From assembly GCA_964247055.1 (NCBI GenBank), contig OZ176058.1, positions 3,782,001 through 3,846,000 of the forward strand: DNA of 64,000 nt, in the 5' to 3' direction. Positions 25,701-37,800 of this stretch are shown piece by piece. The DNA comes from Paragordius varius. Taxonomy: Eukaryota > Animalia > Nematomorpha. Every line of letters begins with the position of its first letter. Position 1 is the stretch's first letter. The translations under genes and the position numbers were made by a program. A model generated the notes under the pieces. That model was not told where the DNA came from. It did not search any database and saw only the letters and a program-made list of their open reading frames with translations.

Positions 25701-28700
25701 TATGTTTGATTGTTGGAAACACTTAAAAGTGAAAAGAAAACATATTTTGATTGTTGGAAAATTAATTTGATTGTTGAAAATATATGTTTGATTGTTGGAA
25801 ATACTAAAAAGCTATTAGTCAACATATTTTGATTGTTGGAAAAATTATTTGATTGTTGAAAATATATGTTTAATTGTTAGAAACACTAAAAAGCTGTTGG
25901 GCAACATATTTTGATTGTTTGAAAAATTATTTGATTGTTGAAAATATATGTTTGATTGTTAGAAACACTAAAAAGCTATTGGGCAACATATTTTGATTGT
26001 TTGAAAAATTATTTGATTGTTGAAAATATATGTTTGATTGTTGGAAACACTAAAAAGTTAAAAAACATAACTTAATTGTTGGAAAATATTTGATTGTGAA
26101 AATATATGTTTGATTGTTGGAAACACTAAAAAGTGGACACATAATTTGATTGTTGAAAAAATTATTTGATTGTTGGAAACACTAAAAAACTATTGGGCAA
26201 CATATTTTGATCGTTGGAAAAATTATTTGATTGTTGAAAATATATGTTTGATTTTAATTGTTAGAAACACTAAAAAGTAGACACATAATTTGATTGTTGA
26301 AAAAATTATTTGATTAAGAAAATATATGTTTGATTGTTGGAAATATTAAACAGCTATCAGGCAACATATTTTGAATATTGGAAAAATTATTTGATTGTTG
26401 AAAAAATATGTTTAATTGTTAGAAACATTAAAAAGCTATAAGGCAACATATTTTGATTGTTGGAGAAATTATTTGATTGTTGAAAATATATGTTTGATTG
26501 TTGGAACTAAAAAGTGAAAAGAAAACATATTTTGATTGTTGGAAAAATTATTTGATTGTTGAAAATATATGTTTGATTGTTGGAAACACTTAAAAGTGAA
26601 AAGAAAACATATTTTGATTGTTGGAAAATTTATTTGATTGTTGAAAATATATGTTTGATTGTTGGAAATACTAAAAAGCTATTAGGCAACATATTTTGAT
26701 TGTTGGAAAAATTATTTGATTGTTGAAAATATATGTTTAATTGTTAGAAACACTAAAAAGCTGTTGGGCAACATATTTTGATTGTTTGAAAAATTATTTG
26801 ATTGTTGAAAATATATGTTTGATTGTTAGAAACACTAAAAAGCTATTGGGCAACATATTTTGATTGTTTGAAAAATTATTTGATTGTTGAAAATATATGT
26901 TTGATTGTTGGAAACACTAAAAAGTTAAAAAACATAACTTAATTGTTGGAAAATATTTGATTGTGAAAATATATGTTTGATTGTTGGAAACACTAAAAAG
27001 TAGACACATAATTTGATTGTTGAAAAAATTATTTGATTGTTGGAAACACTAAAAAACTATTGGGCAACATATTTTGATTGTTGGAAAAATTATTTGATTG
27101 TTGAAAATATATGTTTGATTGTTGGAACTAAAAAGTGAAAAGAAAACATATTTTGATTGTTGGAAAAATTATTTGATTGTTGAAAATATATGTTTGATTG
27201 TTGGAAACACTTAAAAGTGAAAAGAAAACATATTTTGATTGTTGGAAAATTAATTTGATTGTTGAAAATATATGTTTGATTGTTGGAAATACTAAAAAGC
27301 TATTAGTCAACATATTTTGATTGTTGGAAAAATTATTTGATTGTTGAAAATATATGTTTAATTGTTAGAAACACTAAAAAGCTGTTGGGCAACATATTTT
27401 GATTGTTTGAAAAATTATTTGATTGTTGAAAATATATGTTTGATTGTTAGAAACACTAAAAAGCTATTGGGCAACATATTTTGATTGTTTGAAAAATTAT
27501 TTGATTGTTGAAAATATATGTTTGATTGTTGGAAACACTAAAAAGTTAAAAAACATAACTTAATTGTTGGAAAATATTTGATTGTGAAAATATATGTTTG
27601 ATTGTTGGAAACACTAAAAAGTGGACACATAATTTGATTGTTGAAAAAATTATTTGATTGTTGGAAACACTAAAAAACTATTGGGCAACATATTTTGATC
27701 GTTGGAAAAATTATTTGATTGTTGAAAATATATGTTTGATTCTTGGAACTAAAAAGTGAAAAGAAAACATATTTTGATTGTTGGAAATATTATTTGATTG
27801 TTGAAAATATATGTTTGATTGTTGGAAACACTAAAAAGTGAAAAGAAAACATATTTTGATTGTTGGAAAATTTATTTGATTGTTGAAAATATATGTTTGA
27901 TTGTTGGAAATACTAAAAAGCTATTAGGCAACATATTTTGATTGTTGGAAAAATTATTTGATTGTTGAAAATATATGTTTAATGTTAGAAACACTAAAAA
28001 GCTGTTGTGCAACATATTTTGATTGTTTGAAAAATTATTTGATTGTTGAAAATATATGTTTGATTGTTAGAAACACTAAAAAGCTATTGGGCAACATATT
28101 TTGATTGTTTGAAAAATTATTTGATTGTTGAAAATATATGTTTGATTGTTGGAAACACTAAAAAGTTAAAAAACATAATTTAATTGTTGGAAAATATTTG
28201 ATTGTGAAAATATATGTTTGATTGTTGGAAACACTAAAAAGTTAAAAGACAACATAATTTGATTGTTGAAAAAATTATTTGATTGTTGGAAACACTAAAA
28301 AACTATGGGGCAACATATTTTGATTGTTGGAAAAATTATTTGATTGTTGAAAATATATGTTTGATTGTTGGAACTAAAAAGTGAAAAGAAAACATATTTT
28401 GATTGTTGGAAAAATTATTTGATTGTTGAAAATATATGTTTGATTGTTGGAAACACTTAAAAGTGAAAAGAAAACATATTTTGATTGTTGGAAAATTTAT
28501 TTGATTGTTGAAAATATATGTTTGATTGTTGGAAATACTAAAAAGCTATTAGGCAACATATTTTGATTGTTGGAAAAATTATTTGATTGTTGAAAATATA
28601 TGTTTAATTGTTAGAAACACCAAAAAGCTGTTGGGCAACATATTTTGATTGTTTGAAAAATTCTTTGATTGTTGAAAATATATGTTTGATTGTTAGAAAC

Positions 28701-31700
28701 ACTAAAAAGCTATTGGGCAACATATTTTGATTGTTTGAAAAATTATTTGATTGTTGAAAATATATGTTTGATTGTTGGAAACACTAAAAAGTTAAAAAAC
28801 ATAACTTAATTGTTGGAAAATATTTGATTGTGAAAATATATGTTTGATTGTTGGAAACACTAAAAAGTAGACACATAATTTGATTGTTGAAAAAATTATT
28901 TGATTGTTGGAAACACTAAAAAAACTATTGGGCAACATATTTTGATTGTTGGAAAAATTATTTGATTGTTGAAAATATATGTTTGATTGTTGGAACTAAA
29001 AAGTGAAAAGAAAACATATTTTGATTGTTGGAAAAATTATTTGATTGTTGAAAATATATGTTTGATTGTTGGAAACACTTAAAAGTGAAAAGAAAACATA
29101 TTTTGATTGTTGGAAAATATTTGATTGTGAAAATATATGTTTGATTGTTGGAAATACTAAAAAGCTATTAGGCAACATATTTTAATTGTTGGAAAAATTA
29201 TTTGATTGTTGAAAATATATGTTTAATTGTTAGAAACACTAAAAAGCTGTTGGGCAACATATTTTGATTGTTTGAAAAATTATTTGATTGTTGAAAATAT
29301 ATGTTTGATTGTTAGAAACACTAAAAAGCTATTGGGCAACATATTTTGATTGTTTGAAAAATTATTTGATTGTTGAAAATATATGTTTGATTGTTGGAAA
29401 CACTAAAAAGTTAAAAAACATAACTTAATTGTTGGAAAATATTTGATTGTGAAAATATATGTTTGATTGTTGGAAACACTAAAAAGTAGACACATAATTT
29501 GATTGTTGAAAAAATTATTTGATTGTTGGAAACACTAAAAAACTATTGGGCAACATATTTTGATCGTTGGAAAAATTATTTGATTGTTGAAAATATATGT
29601 TTGATTGTTGGAACTAAAAAGTGAAAAGAAAACATATTTTGATTGTTGGAAATATTATTTGATTGTTGAAAATATATGTTTGATTGTTGGAAACACTAAA
29701 AAGTGAAAAGAAAACATATTTTGATTGTTGGAAAATTTATTTGATTGTTGAAAATATATGTTTGATTGTTGGAAATACTAAAAAGCTATTAGGCAACATA
29801 TTTTGATTGTTGGAAAAATTATTTGATTGTTGAAAATATATGTTTAATTGTTAGAAACACTAAAAAGCTGTTGGGCAACATATTTTGATTGTTTGAAAAA
29901 TTATTTGATTGTTGAAAATATATGTTTGATTGTTAGAAACACTAAAAAGCTATTGGGCAACATATTTTGATTGTTTGAAAAATTATTTGATTGTTGAAAA
30001 TATATGTTTGATTGTTTGAAACACTAAAAAGTTAAAAAACAAAATTTAATTGTTGGAAAATATTTGATTGTGAAAATATATGTTTGATTGTTGGAAACAC
30101 TAAAAAGTTAAAAGACAACATAATTTGATTGTTGAAAAAATTATTTGATTGTTGGAAACACTAAAAAACTATGGGGCAACATATTTTGATTGTTGGAAAA
30201 AATTTTTGATTGTTGAAAGTATATGTTTGATTGTTGGAAACACTAAAATGTTAACAGACAATGTATTTTGATTTTGGAAAAATTATTTGATTGTTGATAA
30301 TATATGTTTGATTGTTGGAAACACTAAAAAGTTAAAAAACATAATTTGATTGTTGGAAAATATTTGATTGTGAAAATATATGTTTGATTGTTGGAAACAC
30401 TAAAAAGCTATTGGGCAACATATTTAAATTGTTGGAAAAATATTTGATTGTTGAAAATATATGTTTAATTGTTAGAAACACTAAAAAGTAGACACATAAT
30501 TTGATTGTTGAAAAAATTATTTGATTGTTGGAGACACTAAAAAACTATTGGGCAACATATTTTGATTGTTGAAAAAATTATTTGATTGTTGGAGACACTA
30601 AAAATTTTGGGCAACATATTTTGATTGTTGGAAAAATTATTTGATTGAAAATATATGTTTGATTTTAATTGTTAGAAACACTAAAAAGTAGACACATAAT
30701 TTGATTGTTGAAAAAATTATTTGATTGTTGGAGACACTAAAAAACTATTGGGCAACATATTTTGATTGTTGGAAAAATTAGATTGTTGAAAATATATGTT
30801 TGATTGTTGGAAACACTAAAAAGTGAAAAGAAAACATATTTAGAATGTTGGAAAAATTATTTGATTGTTGAAAATATATGTTTGATTGTTGGAAACACTA
30901 CAAAGTGAAAAGAAAACATATTTTGATTGTTGGAAAATTTATTTGATTGTTGAAAATATATGTTTGATTGTTGGAAATACTAAAAAGCTGTTGGGTCAAC
31001 ATATTTTGATTGTTTGAAAAATTATTTGATTGTTGAAAATATATGTTTGATTGTTAGAAACACTAAAAAGTTAAAAAACATAATTTAATTGTTGGAAAAT
31101 ATTTGATTGTGAAAATATATGTTGTTGGTAACACTAAAAAGCTATTGGGCAACATATTTAAATTTTTGGAAAATTATTTGATTGTTGAAAATATATGTTT
31201 GATTGTTGGAAACACTAAAAAGTTAAAAAATATAATTTGATTGTTGGAAAAATTATTTGATTGGTGTAAATATATGTTTGTTTGTTGGAAACACTAAAAA
31301 TTTAAAAAACATAATTTGATTGTTGAAAAAACTATTTCATTGTTGAAAATATATGTTTGATTTTTGGAAATACTAAACAGATATCAGGAAACATATTTTG
31401 ATTATTGGAAAAATTATTTGATTAAGAAAATATATGTTTGAATGTTGGAAACACTAAAAAGTTAAAAACATAATTTGATTGTTGGAAAATATTTGATTGT
31501 TAAAAATATATGTTTGATTGTTGGAAATATTAAACAGCTATCAGGCAACATATTTTGAATATTGGAAAAATTATTTGATTGTTGAAAAAATATGTTTAAT
31601 TTTTAGAAACATTAAAAAGCTATAAGGCAACATATTTTGATTGTTGAAGAAATTATTTGATTGTTGAAAATATATGTTTGATTGTTGGAAACACTAAAAA

Positions 31701-34700
31701 GCTATTGGGTAACATATTTAAATTGTTGGAAAAATATTTGATTGTTGAAAATATATGTTTGATTGTGAGAAACACTAAAAAGCTATAAGGCAACATATTT
31801 TGATTGTTGGAGAAATTATTTGATTGTTGAAAATATATGTTTGATTGTTGGAAACACTAAAAAGTAGACACATAATTTGATTGTTGAAAAAATTATTTGA
31901 TTGTTGGAAACACTAAAAAACTATTGGGCAACATATTTTGATTGTTGGAAAAATTATTTGATTGTTGAAAATATATGTTTGATTGTTGGAACTAAAAAGT
32001 GAAAAGAAAACATATTTTTGGAAAAATTATTTGATTGTTGAAAATATATGTTTGATTGTTGGAAACACTAAAAAGTGAAAAGAAAACATATTTTGATTGT
32101 TGGAAAATTTATTTGATTGTTGAAAATATATGTTTGATTGTTGGAAATACTAAAAAGCTATTAGGCAACATATTTTGATTGTTGGAAAAATTATTTGATT
32201 GTTGAAAATATATGTTTAATTGTTAGAAACACTAAAAAGCTGTTGGGCAACATATTTTGATTGTTTGAAAAATTATTTGATTGTTGAAAATATATGTTTG
32301 ATTGTTAGAAACACTAAAAAGCTATTGGGCAACATATTTTGATTGTTTGAAAAATTATTTGATTGTTGAAAATATATGTTTGATTGTTGGAAACACTAAA
32401 AAGTTAAAAAACATAATTTAATTGTTGGAAAATATTTGATTGTGAAAATATATGTTTGATTGTTGGGAACACTAAAAAGTTAAAAGACAACATAATTTGA
32501 TTGTTGAAAAAATTATTTGATTGTTGGAAACACTAAAAAACTATGGGGCAACATATTTTGATTGTTGGAAAAATTTTTTGATTGTTGAAAGTATATTTTT
32601 GATTGTTGGAAACACTAAAATGTTAACAGACAATATATTTTGATTGTTGGGAAAATTATTTATTGTTAAAAATTTATGATTGATTGTTGAAAACACTAAA
32701 AACCTATAAGGCAACATATTTTGATTGTTGAAATAATTATTTGATTGTTGAAAAAATATGGTTGATTGTTGGAAACACTAAAAAACTATTGGGCAATATA
32801 TTTTGATTGTTGGAGAAATTATTTGATTGTTGGTAACAATAAAAAGCTATTGGGCAACATATTTTGTTTGTTGGAAAATAATATGATTGTTGAAAATATA
32901 TGTTTGACTGTTGGTAACACAAAAAAGTTAAAAAACATAATTTAATTGTTGGAAAGTATTTGATTGTGTAAATATATGTTTGATTGTTGGTAACACTAAA
33001 AAGCTATTGGGCAACATATTTAAATTGTTGGAAAAATTATTTGATTGTTGAAAATATATGTTTGATTGTTGGAAACACTAAAAAGTTAAAAAACATAATT
33101 TAATTGTTGGAAAATATTTGATTGTGAAAATATATGTTTGATTGTTGGAAACAATAAAAGGCTATTTGGCAACATATTTTGATTGTTGGAGAAATTATTT
33201 GATTGTTGGAAACACTAAAAAGTAGACACATAATTTGATTGTTGAAAAAATTATTTGATTGTTGGAAACACTAAAAAACTATTGGGCAACATATTTTGAT
33301 TGTTGGAAAATTTATTTGATTGTTGAAAATATATGTTTGATTGTTGGAAACACTAAAAAGTGAAAAGAAAACATATTTTAATTGTTGGAAAAATTATTTG
33401 ATTGTTGAAAATATATGTTTGATTGTTGGAAACACTAAAAAGCTATTGGGCAACATATTTTGATTGTTGGAAAAATTATTTGATTTTTGAAAATATATGT
33501 TTGATTGTTGGAAACACTAAAAAGTTAAAAAACATAATTTAATTGTTGGAAAATATTTGATTGTGAAAATATATGTTTCATTGTTGGAAACACTAAAAGG
33601 CTATTGGGCAACATATTTTGATTGTTGGAGAAATTATTTGATTGTTCAAAATATATGTTTGATTGTTGAAAACACTAAAAAGCTATGGGGCAACATATTT
33701 TGACTGTTGAATTATTTGATTGTGCAAATATATGTATGATTGTTAGAAACACTAAAAAGCTATTGGGCAACATATTTTGATTGTTGGAAAAATTATTTGA
33801 TTTTTGAAAATATATGTTTGATTGTTGGAAACACTAAAAAGTTAAAAAACATAATTTAATTGTTGGAAAATATTTGATTGTGAAAATATATGTTTCATTG
33901 TTGGAAACACTAAAAGGCTATTGGGCAACATATTTTGATTGTTGGAGAAATTATTTGATTGTTCAAAATATATGTTTGATTGTTGGAAACACTAAAATGT
34001 TAACAGACAATATATTTTGATTGTTGGAAAAATTATTTATTGTTGAAAATTTATGATTGATTGTTGAAAACACTAAAAAGCTATGGGGCAACATATTTTA
34101 ACTGTTGGAAAAATTATTTGATTGTGCAAATATATGTATGATTGTTAGAAACACTAAAAAGCTATTGGGCAACATATTTTGATTGTTGGAAAAATTATTT
34201 GATTTTTGAAAATATATGTTTGATTGTTGGAAAGACTAAAAAGTTAAAAAACATAATTTAATTGTTGGAAAATATTTGATTGTGAAAATATATGTTTTAT
34301 TGTTTGAAACAATAAAAAGCTATTGGGCAACATATTTTGATTGTTGGAGAAATTATTTGATTGTTGAAAATATATGTTTGATTGTTGGAAACAATAAAAA
34401 GCTATTGGGCAACATATTTTGTTTGTTGGAAAATTATTTGATTGTTGAAAATATATGTTTGATTGTCGGAAACACTAAAAAGTTCAAAAACATAATTTAA
34501 TTGTTGGAAAATATTTGATTGTGAAAATATATGTTTCATTGTTGGAAACACTAAAAGGCTATAGGGCAACATATTTTGATTGTTGGAGAAATTATTTGAT
34601 TGTTCAAAATATATGTTTGATTGTTGGAAACACTAAAAAGTTAAAAGAAAACATATTTTGATTGTTGGAAAAATTATTTGATTGTTGAAAATATATGTTT

Positions 34701-34895
34701 GATTGTTGGAAACACCAATAAACTATTGGGCAACATATTTTGATTGTTGGAAAAATTATTTGATTGTTGAAAATAAATGTTTGATTGTTGGAAACACTAA
34801 AAAGTTAAAAGAAAACATATTTTGATTGTTGGAAAAATTATTTGATTGTTGAAAATATATGTTTGATTGTTGGAATCACTAAATAGTAAAAAGAA

Positions 34896-37800
34896 ATCAT
34901 ATTTTGATTGTTGGAAAAATTATTTGATTGTTGAAAATATATGTTTGATTGTTGGAAACACTAAAAAGCTGTTGGGCAACATATTATGAAATTATTTGAT
35001 TGTTGAAAAAATATGTTTGATTGTTGGAAACACTAAAAAACTATTGGGCAACATATTTGTTAAAAAAATTATTTGATTGTTGAAAAAATTATTTGATTGT
35101 TGAAAATATATGTTTGATTGTTGGAAACACTAAAAAGTTAAAAGACAACATAATTTGATTTTTTGAAAAAATTATTTAATTGTTGGAAACACTAAAAAAC
35201 TATTGGGCAACATATTTTGATTGTTGGAAAAATTATTTGATTGTTGAAAATATATGTTTGATTGTTGGAAACACTAAAAAGTTAAAAGAAAACATATTTT
35301 GATTGTTGGAAAAATTATTTGATTGTTGGAAAAACTAAAAAACTATTGGGCAACATATTTTGATCGTTAAAAAAATTATTTGATTGTTGAAAATATATGT
35401 CTGATTGTTGGAAAGTGAAAAAGTTAAAAGAAAACATATTTTGATTGTTTGAAAATTATTTGATTGTTGGAAACAATATAAAGCTATTGGGCAACATATT
35501 TTGATTGTTGGAGATACTATATGATTGTTGAAATTATATGTTTGATTGTTGTAAACACTAAAAAGTTAAAAGAAAACATATGTTGATTGTTGGAAAAATT
35601 ATTTGATTGTGCAAATATATGTTTGATTGTTGTAAACACTAAAAAGCTATTGGGCATCATATGATTGTTGGAAAAATTATTTGATTGTTGAAAATTATGT
35701 TTTATTGTTGGAAGCACTAAAAAGTTAAAAGAAATCATATTTTGATTGTTGGAAAAATTATTTGATTGTTGAAAATATATGTTTGATTGTTGGAAACACT
35801 AAAAAGCTGTTGGGCAACATATTATGATTGTTTGAAAAATTATTTGATTGTTGAAAAAATATGTTTGATTGTTGGAAACACTAAAAAGTTAAAAGACAAC
35901 ATAATTTGATTTTTTGAAAAAATTATTTAATTGTTGGAAACACTAAAAAACTATTGGGCAACATATTTTGATTGTTGGAAAAATTATTTGATTGTTGAAA
36001 ATATATGTTTGATTGTTGGAAACACTAAAAAGTTAAAAGAAAACATATTTTGATTGTTGGAAAAATTATTTGATTGTTGGAAAAACTAAAAAACTATTGG
36101 GCAACATATTTTGATCGTTAAAAAAATTATTTGATTGTTGAAAAAATATGTCTGATTGTTGGAAAGTGAAAAAGTTAAAAGAAAACATATTTTGATTGTT
36201 TGAAAATTATTTGATTGTTGGAAACAATATAAAGCTATTGGGCAACATATTTTGATTGTTGTAGATAATATTTGATTGTTGAAATTATATGTTTGATTGT
36301 TGGAAACACTAAAAAGTAGACAACATATGAAAAATTATTTGATTGTTGGAAACACTAAAAAACTATAAGGGATCATATTTTGATTGTTGGAAAAATTATT
36401 TGATTGGTGAAAATATATGTTTGATTGTTGTAAACACTAAAAAGCTATTGGGCATCATATGATTGTTGGAAAAATTATTTGATTGTTGAAAATTATGTTT
36501 TATTGTTGGAAGCACTAAAAAGTTAAAAGAAATCATATTTTGATTGTTGGAAAAATTATTTGATTGTTTAAAAATATATGTTTGATTGTTGGAAGCACTA
36601 AAAAGTTAAAAGAAATCATATTTTGATTGTTGGAAAAATTATTTGATTGTTGAAAATATATGTTTGATTGTTGGAAACACTAAAAAACTATTGGGCAACA
36701 TATTTGTTAAAAAAATTATTTGATTGTTGAAAAAATTATTTGATTGTTGAAAATATATGTTTGATTGTTGGAAACACTAAAAAGTTAAAAGACAACATAA
36801 TTTGATTTTTTGAAAAAATTATTTAATTGTTGGAAACACTAAAAAACTATTGGGCAACATATTTTGATTGTTGGAAAAATTATTTGATTGTTGAAAATAT
36901 ATGTTTGATTGTTGGAAACACTAAAAAGTTAAAAGAAAACATATTTTGATTGTTGGAAAAATTATTTGATTGTTGGAAAAACTAAAAAACTATTGGGCAA
37001 CATATTTTGATCGTTAAAAAAATTATTTGATTGTTGAAAAAATATGTCTGATTGTTGGAAAGTGAAAAAGTTAAAAGAAAACATATTTTGATTGTTTGAA
37101 AATTATTTGATTGTTGGAAACAATATAAAGCTATTGGGCAACATATTTTGATTGTTGTAGATAATATTTGATTGTTGAAATTATATGTTTGATTGTTGGA
37201 AACACTAAAAAGTAGACAACATATGAAAAATTATTTGATTGTTGGAAACACTAAAAAACTATAAGGGATCATATTTTGATTGTTGGAAAAATTATTTGAT
37301 TGGTGAAAATATATGTTTTATTGTTGGAAGCACTAAAAAGTTAAAAGAAATCATATTATGATTGTTGGAAAAATTATTTAATTATTGAAAATATATGTTT
37401 GATAGTTAAAAACACTAAAAAGTTAAAAGACAACATAATTTGATTGTTGAATAAATTATATGATTGTTGAAAATATATGTTTAATTGTTAGAAACACTAA
37501 AAAGCTGTTGGGCAAAATATTTTGCCTGTTTGAAAAATTATTTGATTGTTGAAAATATATGTTTGATTGTTGGAAACATAAAAAAGCTATTGGGCAACAT
37601 ATTTTGATTGTTGGAGAAACTATTTGATTGTTGAAAATATATGTTTGATTGTTGGAAACACTAAAAAGTTAAAAGAAAACATATGTTGATTGTTGGAAAA
37701 ATTATTTGATTGTGCAAATATATATTTGATTGTTGTAAACACTAAAAAGCTATTGGGCATCATATGATTGTTGGAAAAATTATTTGATTGTTGAAAATAT

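Larger units (their letters stand above)
23636..27741 (+). repeat. 1488-bp tandem duplication inside copy 2; only the first unit carries the transposon
   Basis: The junction TATGTTTGATT|TTAATTGTTAG at 26253 and TATGTTTGATT|CTTGGAACT at 27741 are 1488 bp apart. Offset bookkeeping 14405-2247+1488+1129=14775 matches the observed downstream offset. Confidence 0.82.
5712..34895 (+). repeat. ~14.4-kb near-identical tandem duplication (copy 1 ~5712-19745, copy 2 ~20118-34895)
   Basis: Rare variants recur at fixed offsets: 14406 (ORF pairs 6136/20542, 6237/20643, 7950/22356), then 14775-14776 after the element (12353/27128, 14221/28996, 17961/32737), then 14913 and 15152 after two small gains in copy 2. 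Confidence 0.9.

Noticed and set aside
24572-25703. Tc1/mariner (TA TSD), CACTA, hAT or Mutator assignment
   Set aside because: A TA TSD would need an unpaired extra T at the left end; the termini are not CACT; and there is no 8-10-bp duplication when compared with the empty sites.
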